Assembly: GCA_963677925.2 (NCBI GenBank)
Contig: CAXXYH010000004.1
Coordinates: forward strand, 256,001-320,000
DNA length: 64,000 nucleotides
Source: Spirochaetia bacterium
Lineage (GTDB): Bacteria > Spirochaetota > Spirochaetia > UBA9216
Direction of reading: 5' to 3'
The notes under the pieces are model-generated. The model was not told the DNA's origin. It saw only the letters and a list, made by a program, of their open reading frames with translations, and did no database searches. Positions 17,473 to 26,251 of the stretch are shown in pieces. The first letter of the stretch is position 1. Every line of letters starts with the position of its first letter. A program made the position numbers and the translations under genes.

Positions 17473-18756
17473 ATGGCAGGAAAAATTAAAGAGATTCAGC
17501 AGGCGGATTTTGAGAATGAAGTACTTAAGGCAGATAAGGTAGTTGTTGATTTCTACTCAACCGAGTGTCCGCCCTGCGAGGCGCTTGCAGCAAAGTATGA
17601 AAGCCTCAGCATGATATACGGGGATGATATAAAATTCATCAAGATATTCCGTCAGGGAAACAGGGAGCTGGCACAGGAACTTGATATCAGCGGTTCACCT
17701 ACAGTTATATTCTATAATAACGGAGAGAGAACCGGAGCAACACTTACTGGCGGGATAAAAAGATCTGAGCTTATGGAAAACCTTGATGCTCTTCTTTCCG
17801 CAGAAAAAGTGGAAGAAATTCATTCAAAGATTACTCCCGTGGTTACCAACGCTGATGTTGTAATCCTCGGCGGCGGTCCTGCAGGTCTTACCGCTGGAGT
17901 ATATCTGGCTCAGGCTCATCTTAAAACGATACTCGTTGATACCGCACTTCCCGGAGGATACGTAGCAACTACACACCAGGTATCCAACTACCCCGGTTTC
18001 ATTGAACCGCAGCAGGGATTCATGCTCAGCCATTATATGAGCGAACAGGCAAAGGCAAACGGTGTTGAGTTCAGAAGTGCTGTTGAAGTAACAAAGGTCG
18101 ATCTTGCAAACAAGAGTATTCTTGTTGACGGATTTGAAACAATAGAAGCCAAAAAAGTTGTAATATCTACAGGCTCAAGACCAAGACCACTGGGAATCCC
18201 GGGCGAGAAGGAATACGCAGGTCAGGGAATCAGCTACTGTGCAACATGTGACGGAAAATACTTCGAAGGCAAAGAGATTGTCGTTATCGGCGGCGGAAAC
18301 TCAGCGATTGAGGAATCGCTCTTCCTCTCAAAATTCGCAAGTAAAATAACCATTGTTCACCAGTTCGATACTCTGCAGGCTAACAAGGAAGCTCAGCAGA
18401 AGATCTTTGATGACCCTAAGGTAAACATCATGTTTGAACATGAGCCGAGAGAGTTCAAGAAATACGGCAACATGGACATGGCTGTAGTAGTTGAGGATCT
18501 TAAAACCGGTGAAAAGAAAGAGGTCAAGACCAACGGTATATTCGTATTCGTAGGTTTTATACCAAATCTTGAAAGCTTCCATGACAAACTTGAGACAGAT
18601 CAGTGGGGATACCTGAAGACCAACGAAAACATGGAAACCAACATTCCCGGCGTTTTTGCAGTAGGCGATGTTAAAACAAAGGCATACCGCCAGATTACAA
18701 CAGCTGTTTCTGACGGAACAATTGCCGCAATTACAATATCAAAAGAACTTTCCTGA
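17473..18756 (+). CDS. Thioredoxin (CPPC) - thioredoxin reductase fusion
   Basis: N-domain VVVDFYSTECPPC...GSPT; C-domain GGGPAGLTAG, NYPG, ISYCATCDG, GGGNSA, PGVFAVGD, RQITTAVSDG. AAGGAG RBS before ATG 17473. Confidence 0.92.
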   Translation: MAGKIKEIQQADFENEVLKADKVVVDFYSTECPPCEALAAKYESLSMIYGDDIKFIKIFRQGNRELAQELDISGSPTVIFYNNGERTGATLTGGIKRSELMENLDALLSAEKVEEIHSKITPVVTNADVVILGGGPAGLTAGVYLAQAHLKTILVDTALPGGYVATTHQVSNYPGFIEPQQGFMLSHYMSEQAKANGVEFRSAVEVTKVDLANKSILVDGFETIEAKKVVISTGSRPRPLGIPGEKEYAGQGISYCATCDGKYFEGKEIVVIGGGNSAIEESLFLSKFASKITIVHQFDTLQANKEAQQKIFDDPKVNIMFEHEPREFKKYGNMDMAVVVEDLKTGEKKEVKTNGIFVFVGFIPNLESFHDKLETDQWGYLKTNENMETNIPGVFAVGDVKTKAYRQITTAVSDGTIAAITISKELS

Positions 18757-18758
18757 TT

Positions 18759-19787
18759 TTAATAGTTTAAATTAGAGAGAAGGTTCCATCCATCATTGAT
18801 AAACTGATCGGTTGTCCGGTTGGCAGAACCAAAGGTGATGAAATCTTCTCTCTTCATTCCATCGGGCTCGTAGGCCTTCCTGAACTCAGATATGGTCATA
18901 AGCCGGTCAATAACAGCCGGGTCCACAGGTTCATCAATCATTTCATTGAAGTCAGAAACTTCAACCAGAAGATCTGCAATTTTCGGAGAGATAGACATTA
19001 TCATCTCGGCCCCTGCAAGATCTATAATTTGATGTGCCCCGCGGCAGCCTGCAGGCATCAGATATGTGTCATAGTCTTTTTCCCTGAAAATTTGATATGC
19101 CCTTTTTATACAGGCTGTTCCCGCTTTTATAATATCTGATTCAGAAACAGAAGCTTTTCGATCCTGGGCTACATCACGCAGATAATCGTCCAGTCGTCCT
19201 ACCATCATTACAGCGATAGCCAAACCGGGTTTAATTCCGGCAGCCTCTGCTCTTTTTTTTCCTCTGACCCGGGCCTCTGCCACAGCAAGAACCTGAGGTA
19301 CAGTAAAACTTACAGTCGCAGCTACATTCAGACCGGCTGCAGCACACTCCTCATAAGCCTCTATTCCTGCATTGGTAGCAGGCAGTTTAATAACAATATT
19401 TTCCGCCAGCATTGAAAATCTTTTTGCCTGGTCAGTCATATAGAAGGCATCACCGGTTTTCAGCGGATTGGTTTGAATACACACATAACCTTTTCCCGGA
19501 ATCCCCTGCTTATATACAGGCATAACTTCCGCTGCGTAGAAGCCTGCAACCATACGGCAAAGAGCCTCTACTTTTTCATCACCCTTTAATCCTTTGGGCA
19601 GACCAGCCAGTTTATCCTCCCAGAAATCCCGATTATTGCAGAGTGTAGCACCAATCAGAAACGGGTTGGTTGTCATTCCGCAGGCACCGTTGATGAAGGC
19701 GGACTCCTGCTCGAATTTTACAGCGGAATCATGCCAGTAGATTGATGCGGTTGAACTGCTGAGCCATGAAAGGTATTTATTATGCAT
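18759..19787 (-). CDS. Transaldolase family protein (divergent)
   Basis: WHDS, TTNP, IKLPAT.AG (Schiff-base Lys), ATVSF, MVGRLDD. Confidence 0.85.
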   Translation of the reverse strand: MHNKYLSWLSSSTASIYWHDSAVKFEQESAFINGACGMTTNPFLIGATLCNNRDFWEDKLAGLPKGLKGDEKVEALCRMVAGFYAAEVMPVYKQGIPGKGYVCIQTNPLKTGDAFYMTDQAKRFSMLAENIVIKLPATNAGIEAYEECAAAGLNVAATVSFTVPQVLAVAEARVRGKKRAEAAGIKPGLAIAVMMVGRLDDYLRDVAQDRKASVSESDIIKAGTACIKRAYQIFREKDYDTYLMPAGCRGAHQIIDLAGAEMIMSISPKIADLLVEVSDFNEMIDEPVDPAVIDRLMTISEFRKAYEPDGMKREDFITFGSANRTTDQFINDGWNLLSNLNY

Positions 19788-19844
19788 TTTGAGTGTCTCC
19801 TATTAATAATTATCATCACTTGAAAAGGTCGATCACCGAATCAG

Positions 19845-20612
19845 TTACAAACTCGCCTGCCAGCCACCATCAATATAAATGGATTGCCCTGAGAGATAGT
19901 TTGATGCTTCGGAAGCAAGAAATACTGCACAGCCTATCAGATCTTCTGTTCGCCCCCATCGCTGAAGAGGAACCTCACTTTTAACCCAGGAATCAAATTC
20001 AGGGTCTTCGGATAATGCGGATGTCATTTCTGTAAGGATATAGCCCGGTCCTATGGCATTGACGTTGATGTTGTATTTTCCCCATTCTGAGGCCATTGAT
20101 TTAGTCAGCATCTTAAGACCGCCCTTCGCGGTGCAGTATGCGCCAATGTCAGGCCGGGCCATTTCTGCGTTAATTGATGAAATATTGATAATTTTACCGT
20201 ATTTACGTGACTTCATACTTTTAACTACAGCTTTCCCCATTATAAAGGCACTAGTCAGGTTAATATCCAGAACCTTCTTCCAGTCCTCTGTTGAAAGCTC
20301 TTCAAGTGCGGTCCGCTTCTGAATGCCCGCATTATTCAATAGAATATCCACGGGTCCTGCATCTTCTTCTATCTGTGAAATATTAGCTATAACCTGCTTT
20401 TCATCGGAAATATCAAAACAGTATCCGCAGGCATCGTAACCTTCTGCTTTTAACCGATTAACAGATTCTGAAAGAAGTTCTTCCCTGATATCATTAAGAA
20501 CAACTTTTGCACCCTGTTTCAAAAATCCTTCTGCAAAACTGTTGCCTATTCCCCGCGCCGCGCCTGTTATTAAAACTACTTTCCCTTTTATATCGAATAA
20601 ATTATTTTCCAT
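19845..20612 (-). CDS. idnO: Gluconate 5-dehydrogenase-type SDR
   Basis: LFDIKGKVVLITGAARGIG, NNAGIQKR, ARPDIGAYCTAKGGLKMLTKSMASEW, NAIGPGY, P..RWG. Alternative start at 20630. Confidence 0.8.
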   Translation of the reverse strand: MENNLFDIKGKVVLITGAARGIGNSFAEGFLKQGAKVVLNDIREELLSESVNRLKAEGYDACGYCFDISDEKQVIANISQIEEDAGPVDILLNNAGIQKRTALEELSTEDWKKVLDINLTSAFIMGKAVVKSMKSRKYGKIINISSINAEMARPDIGAYCTAKGGLKMLTKSMASEWGKYNINVNAIGPGYILTEMTSALSEDPEFDSWVKSEVPLQRWGRTEDLIGCAVFLASEASNYLSGQSIYIDGGWQASL

Positions 20613-20641
20613 TATTCTACCGATCGACATGTATTATGTAT

Positions 20642-20654
20642 CTTGTATTACAAG
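20642..20654. promoter_or_regulatory. FadR/GntR-type operator
   Basis: Palindrome CTTGTA-T-TACAAG upstream of idnO; a near-identical 19-mer lies upstream of the gntR gene. Confidence 0.65.
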
Positions 20655-20734
20655 TATTATAATTACGATGTTATATAATCCCTCTTTTGTCAAGGCGGCT
20701 GATATATTCTTCCGTGAAAAATTAACAGTGATGT

Positions 20735-21445
20735 TTAGTTCTGATTTCCTGAATTATAGAATTCACGCATTCTTTCTATGGTTCTTTCAACGTGCTCATG
20801 CATAAGATCTTTAGCCCGGACTGCATTACGTTCCTTGATAGCATTTATAATATCTTTATGATATTTAATACCGTCTTTACTACCAAGAATCTTAGTAAGC
20901 TCGAACCAGGTTGTATGAAATATTTCAAACAGCATTTTATACATATTACAGATGATATTATTAGAGAGTATCTCTATCATATGCAGATGAAACTTTTCAT
21001 CAATGCTGGAAAAAATCCGGATATCATTAGTATGCTCAATCATGTCATTATAGAGTTCTTCAAGTTTTTTTATATCATCTTCTTTAGCTTTTTCGACTAC
21101 CAAAGGCATTATATTGGGTTCGATTATCAGTCTGTATTCAAGAACATCCATTACATCACAATTATCCAGAACAACAAAAGGCATAAGCAGATTAAGCTGT
21201 GCTGATAAGTCATAACTTTTTACAAAACTTCCTTCACCCCGTTTGATTTCAATAAACCCCTGGGCGGCCAGAGACTGGAGTGCGGCTCGAACAGAGACCC
21301 TGCTCACCCCCATCTGTTCACACAATTGAGATTCTGACGGCAATCTATCACCGGGAGCCCATTTTCCGAGTATTATCATGCTTCGGCATTGTTCATAAAC
21401 TTGATTTTTTATCTGCGAAGTCTCAATTTTTCCTAAACCTGTCAT
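20735..21445 (-). CDS. GntR family (FadR subfamily) regulator
   Basis: PGDRLPSE.QL...GVSRVSVRAAL..L...G..EIKRGEGSFV; FCD domain (DEKFH, H..I..AI). Confidence 0.93.
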   Translation of the reverse strand: MTGLGKIETSQIKNQVYEQCRSMIILGKWAPGDRLPSESQLCEQMGVSRVSVRAALQSLAAQGFIEIKRGEGSFVKSYDLSAQLNLLMPFVVLDNCDVMDVLEYRLIIEPNIMPLVVEKAKEDDIKKLEELYNDMIEHTNDIRIFSSIDEKFHLHMIEILSNNIICNMYKMLFEIFHTTWFELTKILGSKDGIKYHKDIINAIKERNAVRAKDLMHEHVERTIERMREFYNSGNQN

Positions 21446-21451
21446 ATGTAT

Positions 21452-21483
21452 CTTATATTATAAGGACACATAACAGCTGTCAA
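21452..21483 (-). promoter_or_regulatory. gntR promoter with overlapping operator
   Basis: TTGACA (21483-21478), 17 nt spacer, TAATAT, overlapped by the palindrome CTTATA-T-TATAAG (21452-21464). Confidence 0.6.
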
Positions 21484-21540
21484 TTATTCAGATGTTATAG
21501 AACCATAGGTGCAGTATCTTATTCTAAAACATCGCTTGAA

Positions 21541-22719
21541 TCAAAAAACTTTTTTCTTCCGGGAACTGATTATATAGGCAATAAATATTAAAAAGGCAAT
21601 CAGGCCGGAGCCTTTGAAAATGTTTTCAAGACCCAGAACATCCCCGATAACACCCCAGGACAGGGCCCCTATTCCTATACCGGCATCCATTGCCAGATAA
21701 TATGTCGCATTTGCACCGGCTCTTTCCTCTTTGGTAGTGTGGACTACCGCACTCACATTTAGAAGAAGATGACTAAGGCCGAAACCGGCTCCGAATATGA
21801 AAGCAAGAGGAATGAGGGCATAGATATCTCTAATAAAATTTATTGCTGTAACACAGAGGAAAACTACAAATAATCCAACACCTAATAATTTATACTTTGA
21901 AACCTTTTCTGAAATCTTTCCCGCAAACAATCTGGAAAATGCTACACCTAAGGCCCTTGAAGTGTAATAAAAACCAATGCCGGTGATTCCCACAAATCTT
22001 GCGTAGGGAATCAGAAAAGTTGAGATTGAGGAGCTGACGAAAGAAAGAACCCCGACAAACAGCGAAGCATAAGCAGCCTTCTTTTCTATAAGACGACCGG
22101 GAAGGTCTTTAATCTCTTCAGGAGGGGCTCCATGAATCATGTTCTTTTCATATCTGATAAAAAAAGCAGCGATGACTGAAATAAATGCAACAATACCGGT
22201 TATTAAAAAACCGATGGAGAATCCTAAATTATCAGAAATAAAAAGTGCTGTTGCCGGGCCCAGAGCCTGTGCAAGCGTTGCTGTCAGACCGAAATACCCC
22301 AGGCCTTCAAGAAGACGGTTCTGAGGAACAATATCCGTAACCATAGTGGTGTTTGCTACTGACTGAAACGAAAAACCGAAACCGCAGAGTATCTGAAAGC
22401 AATAGAGAAGCGGAAGATTATGTACAAATCCGAATGGAACCGTTGTGACTGCAAAAAGAATAGTCCCCGCTGAAAAAACTGTTTTCCTACCATATTTATC
22501 GATTATCTTTCCGGAGAAGGGTCTCAGCACAAGAGCCGAAACTGTAAAAACAGTCATTGCCGAGCCGGCTATTGTTTTTGATGAATACAGATCAAGCAGA
22601 TACAGGGGCTGAAGGGTTGTCTTTATAAACATTGAGAACCTGAAAAGAAGCCCGACGATTGAAACAAGGATAAAATCCGGACTGAATAATTTTTCCTTTA
22701 CAGGCTCAGAGTTCAGCAT
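21541..22719 (-). CDS. MFS transporter
   Basis: About 12 hydrophobic segments; GKIIDKYGRK motif A. Confidence 0.9.
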   Translation of the reverse strand: MLNSEPVKEKLFSPDFILVSIVGLLFRFSMFIKTTLQPLYLLDLYSSKTIAGSAMTVFTVSALVLRPFSGKIIDKYGRKTVFSAGTILFAVTTVPFGFVHNLPLLYCFQILCGFGFSFQSVANTTMVTDIVPQNRLLEGLGYFGLTATLAQALGPATALFISDNLGFSIGFLITGIVAFISVIAAFFIRYEKNMIHGAPPEEIKDLPGRLIEKKAAYASLFVGVLSFVSSSISTFLIPYARFVGITGIGFYYTSRALGVAFSRLFAGKISEKVSKYKLLGVGLFVVFLCVTAINFIRDIYALIPLAFIFGAGFGLSHLLLNVSAVVHTTKEERAGANATYYLAMDAGIGIGALSWGVIGDVLGLENIFKGSGLIAFLIFIAYIISSRKKKVF

Positions 22720-22736
22720 TGTATTTCAGTTGTCAA

Positions 22737-23621
22737 TTATCGTGTTACTTCAATATTTGCAATCTTCTCATAGAACTTAACTATACTTGCATGGTCCTGA
22801 ACTCCGCAGCCGTCCTGCTTGATTGCCTGCATTATTTCCATAGCCTGAGCAGCAAGAGGAAGAGGAACACCTACAGCTCTTGATGTTTCAAGTGCGTTTG
22901 CCATATCCTTGATGTGAAGATCAATTCTGAAACCGGGATCGAACTTTCTGTCCATCATCATCGGAGCCTTTGCATCCATTACAGTGCTGCCTGCAAGACC
23001 GCCGCGAATAGCCTGATAAACAAGATCGGGACTTACACCGGCCTTTTTGGCAAGGACCATTGCTTCTGATACTGCAGCGATGTTGAGAGCGACAACAACC
23101 TGGTTGCAAAGCTTTGTTGTATTTCCGGCACCGAGGTCTCCGACATATACAACAGAACTTCCCATTACAGCCATTATTTCCTGATACTTGTCGAAGATAA
23201 CCTTCTTTCCGCCTACCATAATGGCAATTGTTCCGTCAATAGCCTTGGGTTCACCTCCGCTTACAGGAGCATCTAGCATATCCATTCCTTTTTCAGCAAG
23301 TGCTGCGCCAATCTCCTGGCTTGCTCCCGGTGCTATGGAACTCATATCTATAAGAACCTTTCCAGGTGCTGCAGCTTCAATAAGTCCGCCGGCATCAAGA
23401 GCAACGGCCTTTACATGCGGTGAATTGGGAAGCATTGTAATTACAAGATCGGTTTTTGAAAGTACTTCGGCAGGTGTAGAGCAGGCTTCCGCACCCATTG
23501 AAACAAGTTCAGCTACTGCGGCTTCATTGATATCTCTAACAAGCAGTTTATGCCCTGCGTTAACAAGGTTTTTTGCCATTGGCTTTCCCATAATCCCAAG
23601 CCCTACAAATCCAATAGTCAT
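22737..23621 (-). CDS. garR: 2-hydroxy-3-oxopropionate (tartronate semialdehyde) reductase
   Basis: GFVGLGIMGKPMAKNL, MLPNSPHV, DAPVSGGEPKAIDG, IRGGLAGSTV, PGFRIDLHIKD. Confidence 0.92.
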   Translation of the reverse strand: MTIGFVGLGIMGKPMAKNLVNAGHKLLVRDINEAAVAELVSMGAEACSTPAEVLSKTDLVITMLPNSPHVKAVALDAGGLIEAAAPGKVLIDMSSIAPGASQEIGAALAEKGMDMLDAPVSGGEPKAIDGTIAIMVGGKKVIFDKYQEIMAVMGSSVVYVGDLGAGNTTKLCNQVVVALNIAAVSEAMVLAKKAGVSPDLVYQAIRGGLAGSTVMDAKAPMMMDRKFDPGFRIDLHIKDMANALETSRAVGVPLPLAAQAMEIMQAIKQDGCGVQDHASIVKFYEKIANIEVTR

Positions 23622-23644
23622 ATTAAACTCCTTAAAAAGATTTC

Positions 23645-23773
23645 TTATTTAAAACAGACTGACTTTTTAAGTCCCTGCTTAGCCTTTTCTTTTATTTAAT
23701 CTGAAACATCCATGACAGGATGAATAGGCTCTCCGGCATCGATACCCATAAGGTCCAGGCGGACCTTCATCAT
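23645..23773 (-). pseudogene. Remnant resembling the C-terminus of a DHDPS/NAL-family aldolase
   Basis: Hand translation MMKVRLDLMGIDAGEPIHPVMDVSD*IKEKAKQGLKKSVCFK* resembles the K..L.L.G...G.P..P tail of DHDPS-family enzymes; in-frame TAA at 23698-23696. Confidence 0.5.
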
Positions 23774-23901
23774 TTCTCAGAGATTTTATAAGTTCCAAAT
23801 TTATCATAATCAGACTAACACCTGATCGGGATACAGGATATGTTTCGGTATTACAAATATTAAATAAATTTCTGTACTGAAGATACAGCGAAGTCAGCGG
23901 C

Positions 23902-25044
23902 TCAGCATTTCTCCAGAAAAAAGCCAAGTTCGGTGAGAAATTCCCGATCGGCACTGTTTGTAATGGGATCAATCTGAAGAAGGTCTTTCAGTTTGTTCAG
24001 CCTGAAAACAATCGTATTGCGGTGAACGCAGAGGTCCTGGCTGGTCTTCACAATATTATAGTTATTCTCACTCAGGGTTTTTATAGTTTCAACCATAATT
24101 TTACGTTCCTGAGTAAAAAAAAGATTCTGATAAATAGAAAAAGCTTCAAAATAGAGACGTGTAGTTACAGAGTTACGGATGTAATCCTGAATATGATCAT
24201 AAAAATAATTCAGCTGCTGTTTTTTCTTCACAAGCATGCTGTTCTTTAATGCGTGCTTGTAGGAGTCACGATAGTTGTCAATTTTTTCCTGAAGACTTCC
24301 AATAAAAAATACAAGCTCGTCTTCCTCAAAATCAGGCTGTGCAGAACTTATTACTGAATCAAGATATTCCTGTACGAGGGTTTTAAAATTCCGGAGAAGG
24401 TATTCTGTATTGCCGGATCTAAAAAGTTTGAGGATGATAATATCATCATTCCGGCCTACTACAGCAATCCGGTCATTATGAATTTCAGCGCCTCTTGTAA
24501 GGATAGGAAGAATCTTTGAATTGGGAATTTTAAATGACTTTCGCAGAAGAATTATAACTGCCGGAGTTTTTTCATCCAGGCTGAATTCCTTTGCAAGTCT
24601 GACGGCCTCATCAGAATTGTAGTCATCATCAAAAAGAAGATAATATAAAAACCGTTCAGTTTTTCCCCGGGACCTTAGATCCTGTGCGGCCTGTACTTCG
24701 TAGTCGAGCATTGTTTCAATTGATGTTTTCACGAAGCCGGCAAAACTCTGGACGTTTTCCGGATCACCGGTTACACAGATTACTCCGACCTTCTCACCCT
24801 TATGCTCTATGAACATATTAATTCCGGGCTTAGTGCCGATGTACTTATCCTTCCTGGTAACAACTCCGGTATCGATTGTCCCGTTGAGCATCTTACTGGC
24901 AACCTCATGAAAATCACCGATGCGGCTGGCATCCTTGCTTGCAATAATAATGCCGGCCTGGTCCATGATGTTGACATTGTAGGGAAGGTTTTTAACCGTA
25001 CGCTGAATAAATTTCTGTGCAAACTCCGGATTCAATGCAAACAA
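23902..25044 (-). CDS. CdaR/SdaR-like sugar diacid regulator
   Basis: NVNIMD..G.IIAS.D..RIGDFHE, KPGIN, GVICVTGDP diacid-recognition domain; C-terminal VHRNTIVFRL PucR-type HTH. Confidence 0.9.
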   Translation of the reverse strand: MFALNPEFAQKFIQRTVKNLPYNVNIMDQAGIIIASKDASRIGDFHEVASKMLNGTIDTGVVTRKDKYIGTKPGINMFIEHKGEKVGVICVTGDPENVQSFAGFVKTSIETMLDYEVQAAQDLRSRGKTERFLYYLLFDDDYNSDEAVRLAKEFSLDEKTPAVIILLRKSFKIPNSKILPILTRGAEIHNDRIAVVGRNDDIIILKLFRSGNTEYLLRNFKTLVQEYLDSVISSAQPDFEEDELVFFIGSLQEKIDNYRDSYKHALKNSMLVKKKQQLNYFYDHIQDYIRNSVTTRLYFEAFSIYQNLFFTQERKIMVETIKTLSENNYNIVKTSQDLCVHRNTIVFRLNKLKDLLQIDPITNSADREFLTELGFFLEKC

Positions 25045-25251
25045 GACTCTTTCCCTTTTCTCGACAATATGATCTCAGACTATCATTGCTGTAGCATAGG
25101 GTCAATAAATTCAAACTTAAGATACTTTATCAGGAATTCTTACAACCGCCGAAGTTCTGGGTATCGATAGAAGAGCTTTGTGGAGAAAAAATCCGGAATC
25201 ATCAGATTGATTGCAGGTTACTTATAAATTAGAATAACTGCGGAGATACAT

Positions 25252-26208
25252 ATGAAAAGACCAAAGGTCCTTGTTGGATTAAACGTTCCTGATTCTGTTA
25301 AACAGTACCTCGATACTTTCTGTGATTGTGAATACTTCACCCTGCGCGGTGTTCCGCGGCCTGAAATACTGTCCCGGATAAAAGACAAAGAGGGGCTTCT
25401 GATTGGCGGAACTAAAATTGACAAACAGCTTCTGGATGCGGCGCCGGAACTGAAGGCTGTATGCTGCGCATCTGTCGGATACAATAATGTTGATATCGAA
25501 GAAACACGCAGGCGCAGAATTATCGTAACAAACACTCCCGGTGTTCTCAATGAAACAGTAGCCGATCTTATTCTTGCCCTCATGCTCTCTGTCTCACGCA
25601 GGATAGTTGAGCTTGACGGATACCTTAGAGAGGGCTTATGGAAACCGTCCGACAATGAAAATCTATTCGGTCTGGATGTACATCATAAAACGCTTGGAAT
25701 AATCGGTATGGGACGGATCGGTGAAGCCGTCGCCGAACGGGCTGTAGGCGGTTTTTCGATGAAGGTTCTCTATAACAACAGAAACAGAAAACCCGAAACA
25801 GAGCAGAGGCTTGGTGTAACATACAGCGGGTTCGATCAGCTGCTTGAAGAATCCGATTTTGTGCTTGTTATGACTCCGCTCACTGAACAGACCAGCAGGA
25901 TGTTCGGCAGCAGGGAGTTTTCTCTGATGAAAAATACTGCCTATTTTATCAATGCATCACGGGGTCAGACAGTTGATGAAACAGCTCTGGTGAAGGCCCT
26001 GCAGAACGGCAGTATTGCAGGTGCAGGACTTGATGTTTTTGACCGGGAACCTGTAGCTCCGGACAATCCGCTTTTAGAATTAAAGAATACTGTTTTAGTT
26101 CCCCATATCGGCTCAGCCTCGTATCAGACCAGAGGCGACATGGCCATGCTGGCGGCAGAAAATCTGAATGCAATTTTTAAAACAGGAAAGGGAATAACCG
26201 CAGTTTAA
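25252..26208 (+). CDS. ghrB: D-2-hydroxyacid dehydrogenase, GhrB / 2-ketogluconate reductase type
   Basis: SVGYNN, TNTPGVLNETVAD, DVHHKTLGIIGMGRIG, INASRG, GLDVF..EP, PHIGSA. Confidence 0.8.
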   Translation: MKRPKVLVGLNVPDSVKQYLDTFCDCEYFTLRGVPRPEILSRIKDKEGLLIGGTKIDKQLLDAAPELKAVCCASVGYNNVDIEETRRRRIIVTNTPGVLNETVADLILALMLSVSRRIVELDGYLREGLWKPSDNENLFGLDVHHKTLGIIGMGRIGEAVAERAVGGFSMKVLYNNRNRKPETEQRLGVTYSGFDQLLEESDFVLVMTPLTEQTSRMFGSREFSLMKNTAYFINASRGQTVDETALVKALQNGSIAGAGLDVFDREPVAPDNPLLELKNTVLVPHIGSASYQTRGDMAMLAAENLNAIFKTGKGITAV

Positions 26209-26251
26209 ATTAGATCTAAATATCTATTAATTGTTCCAGGACAGACTCAGA

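Noticed and set aside
14865-18756. Standard arsenic-resistance operon
   Set aside because: No ArsR, ArsC, Acr3/ArsB or ArsA/D, and the rSAM is a SPASM peptide-maturase type rather than ArsS/ArsL-like.
23679-23972. 97-aa ORF in the track between garR and cdaR
   Set aside because: It overlaps the cdaR end, has no RBS or motif, and a different frame gives the aldolase-like remnant.
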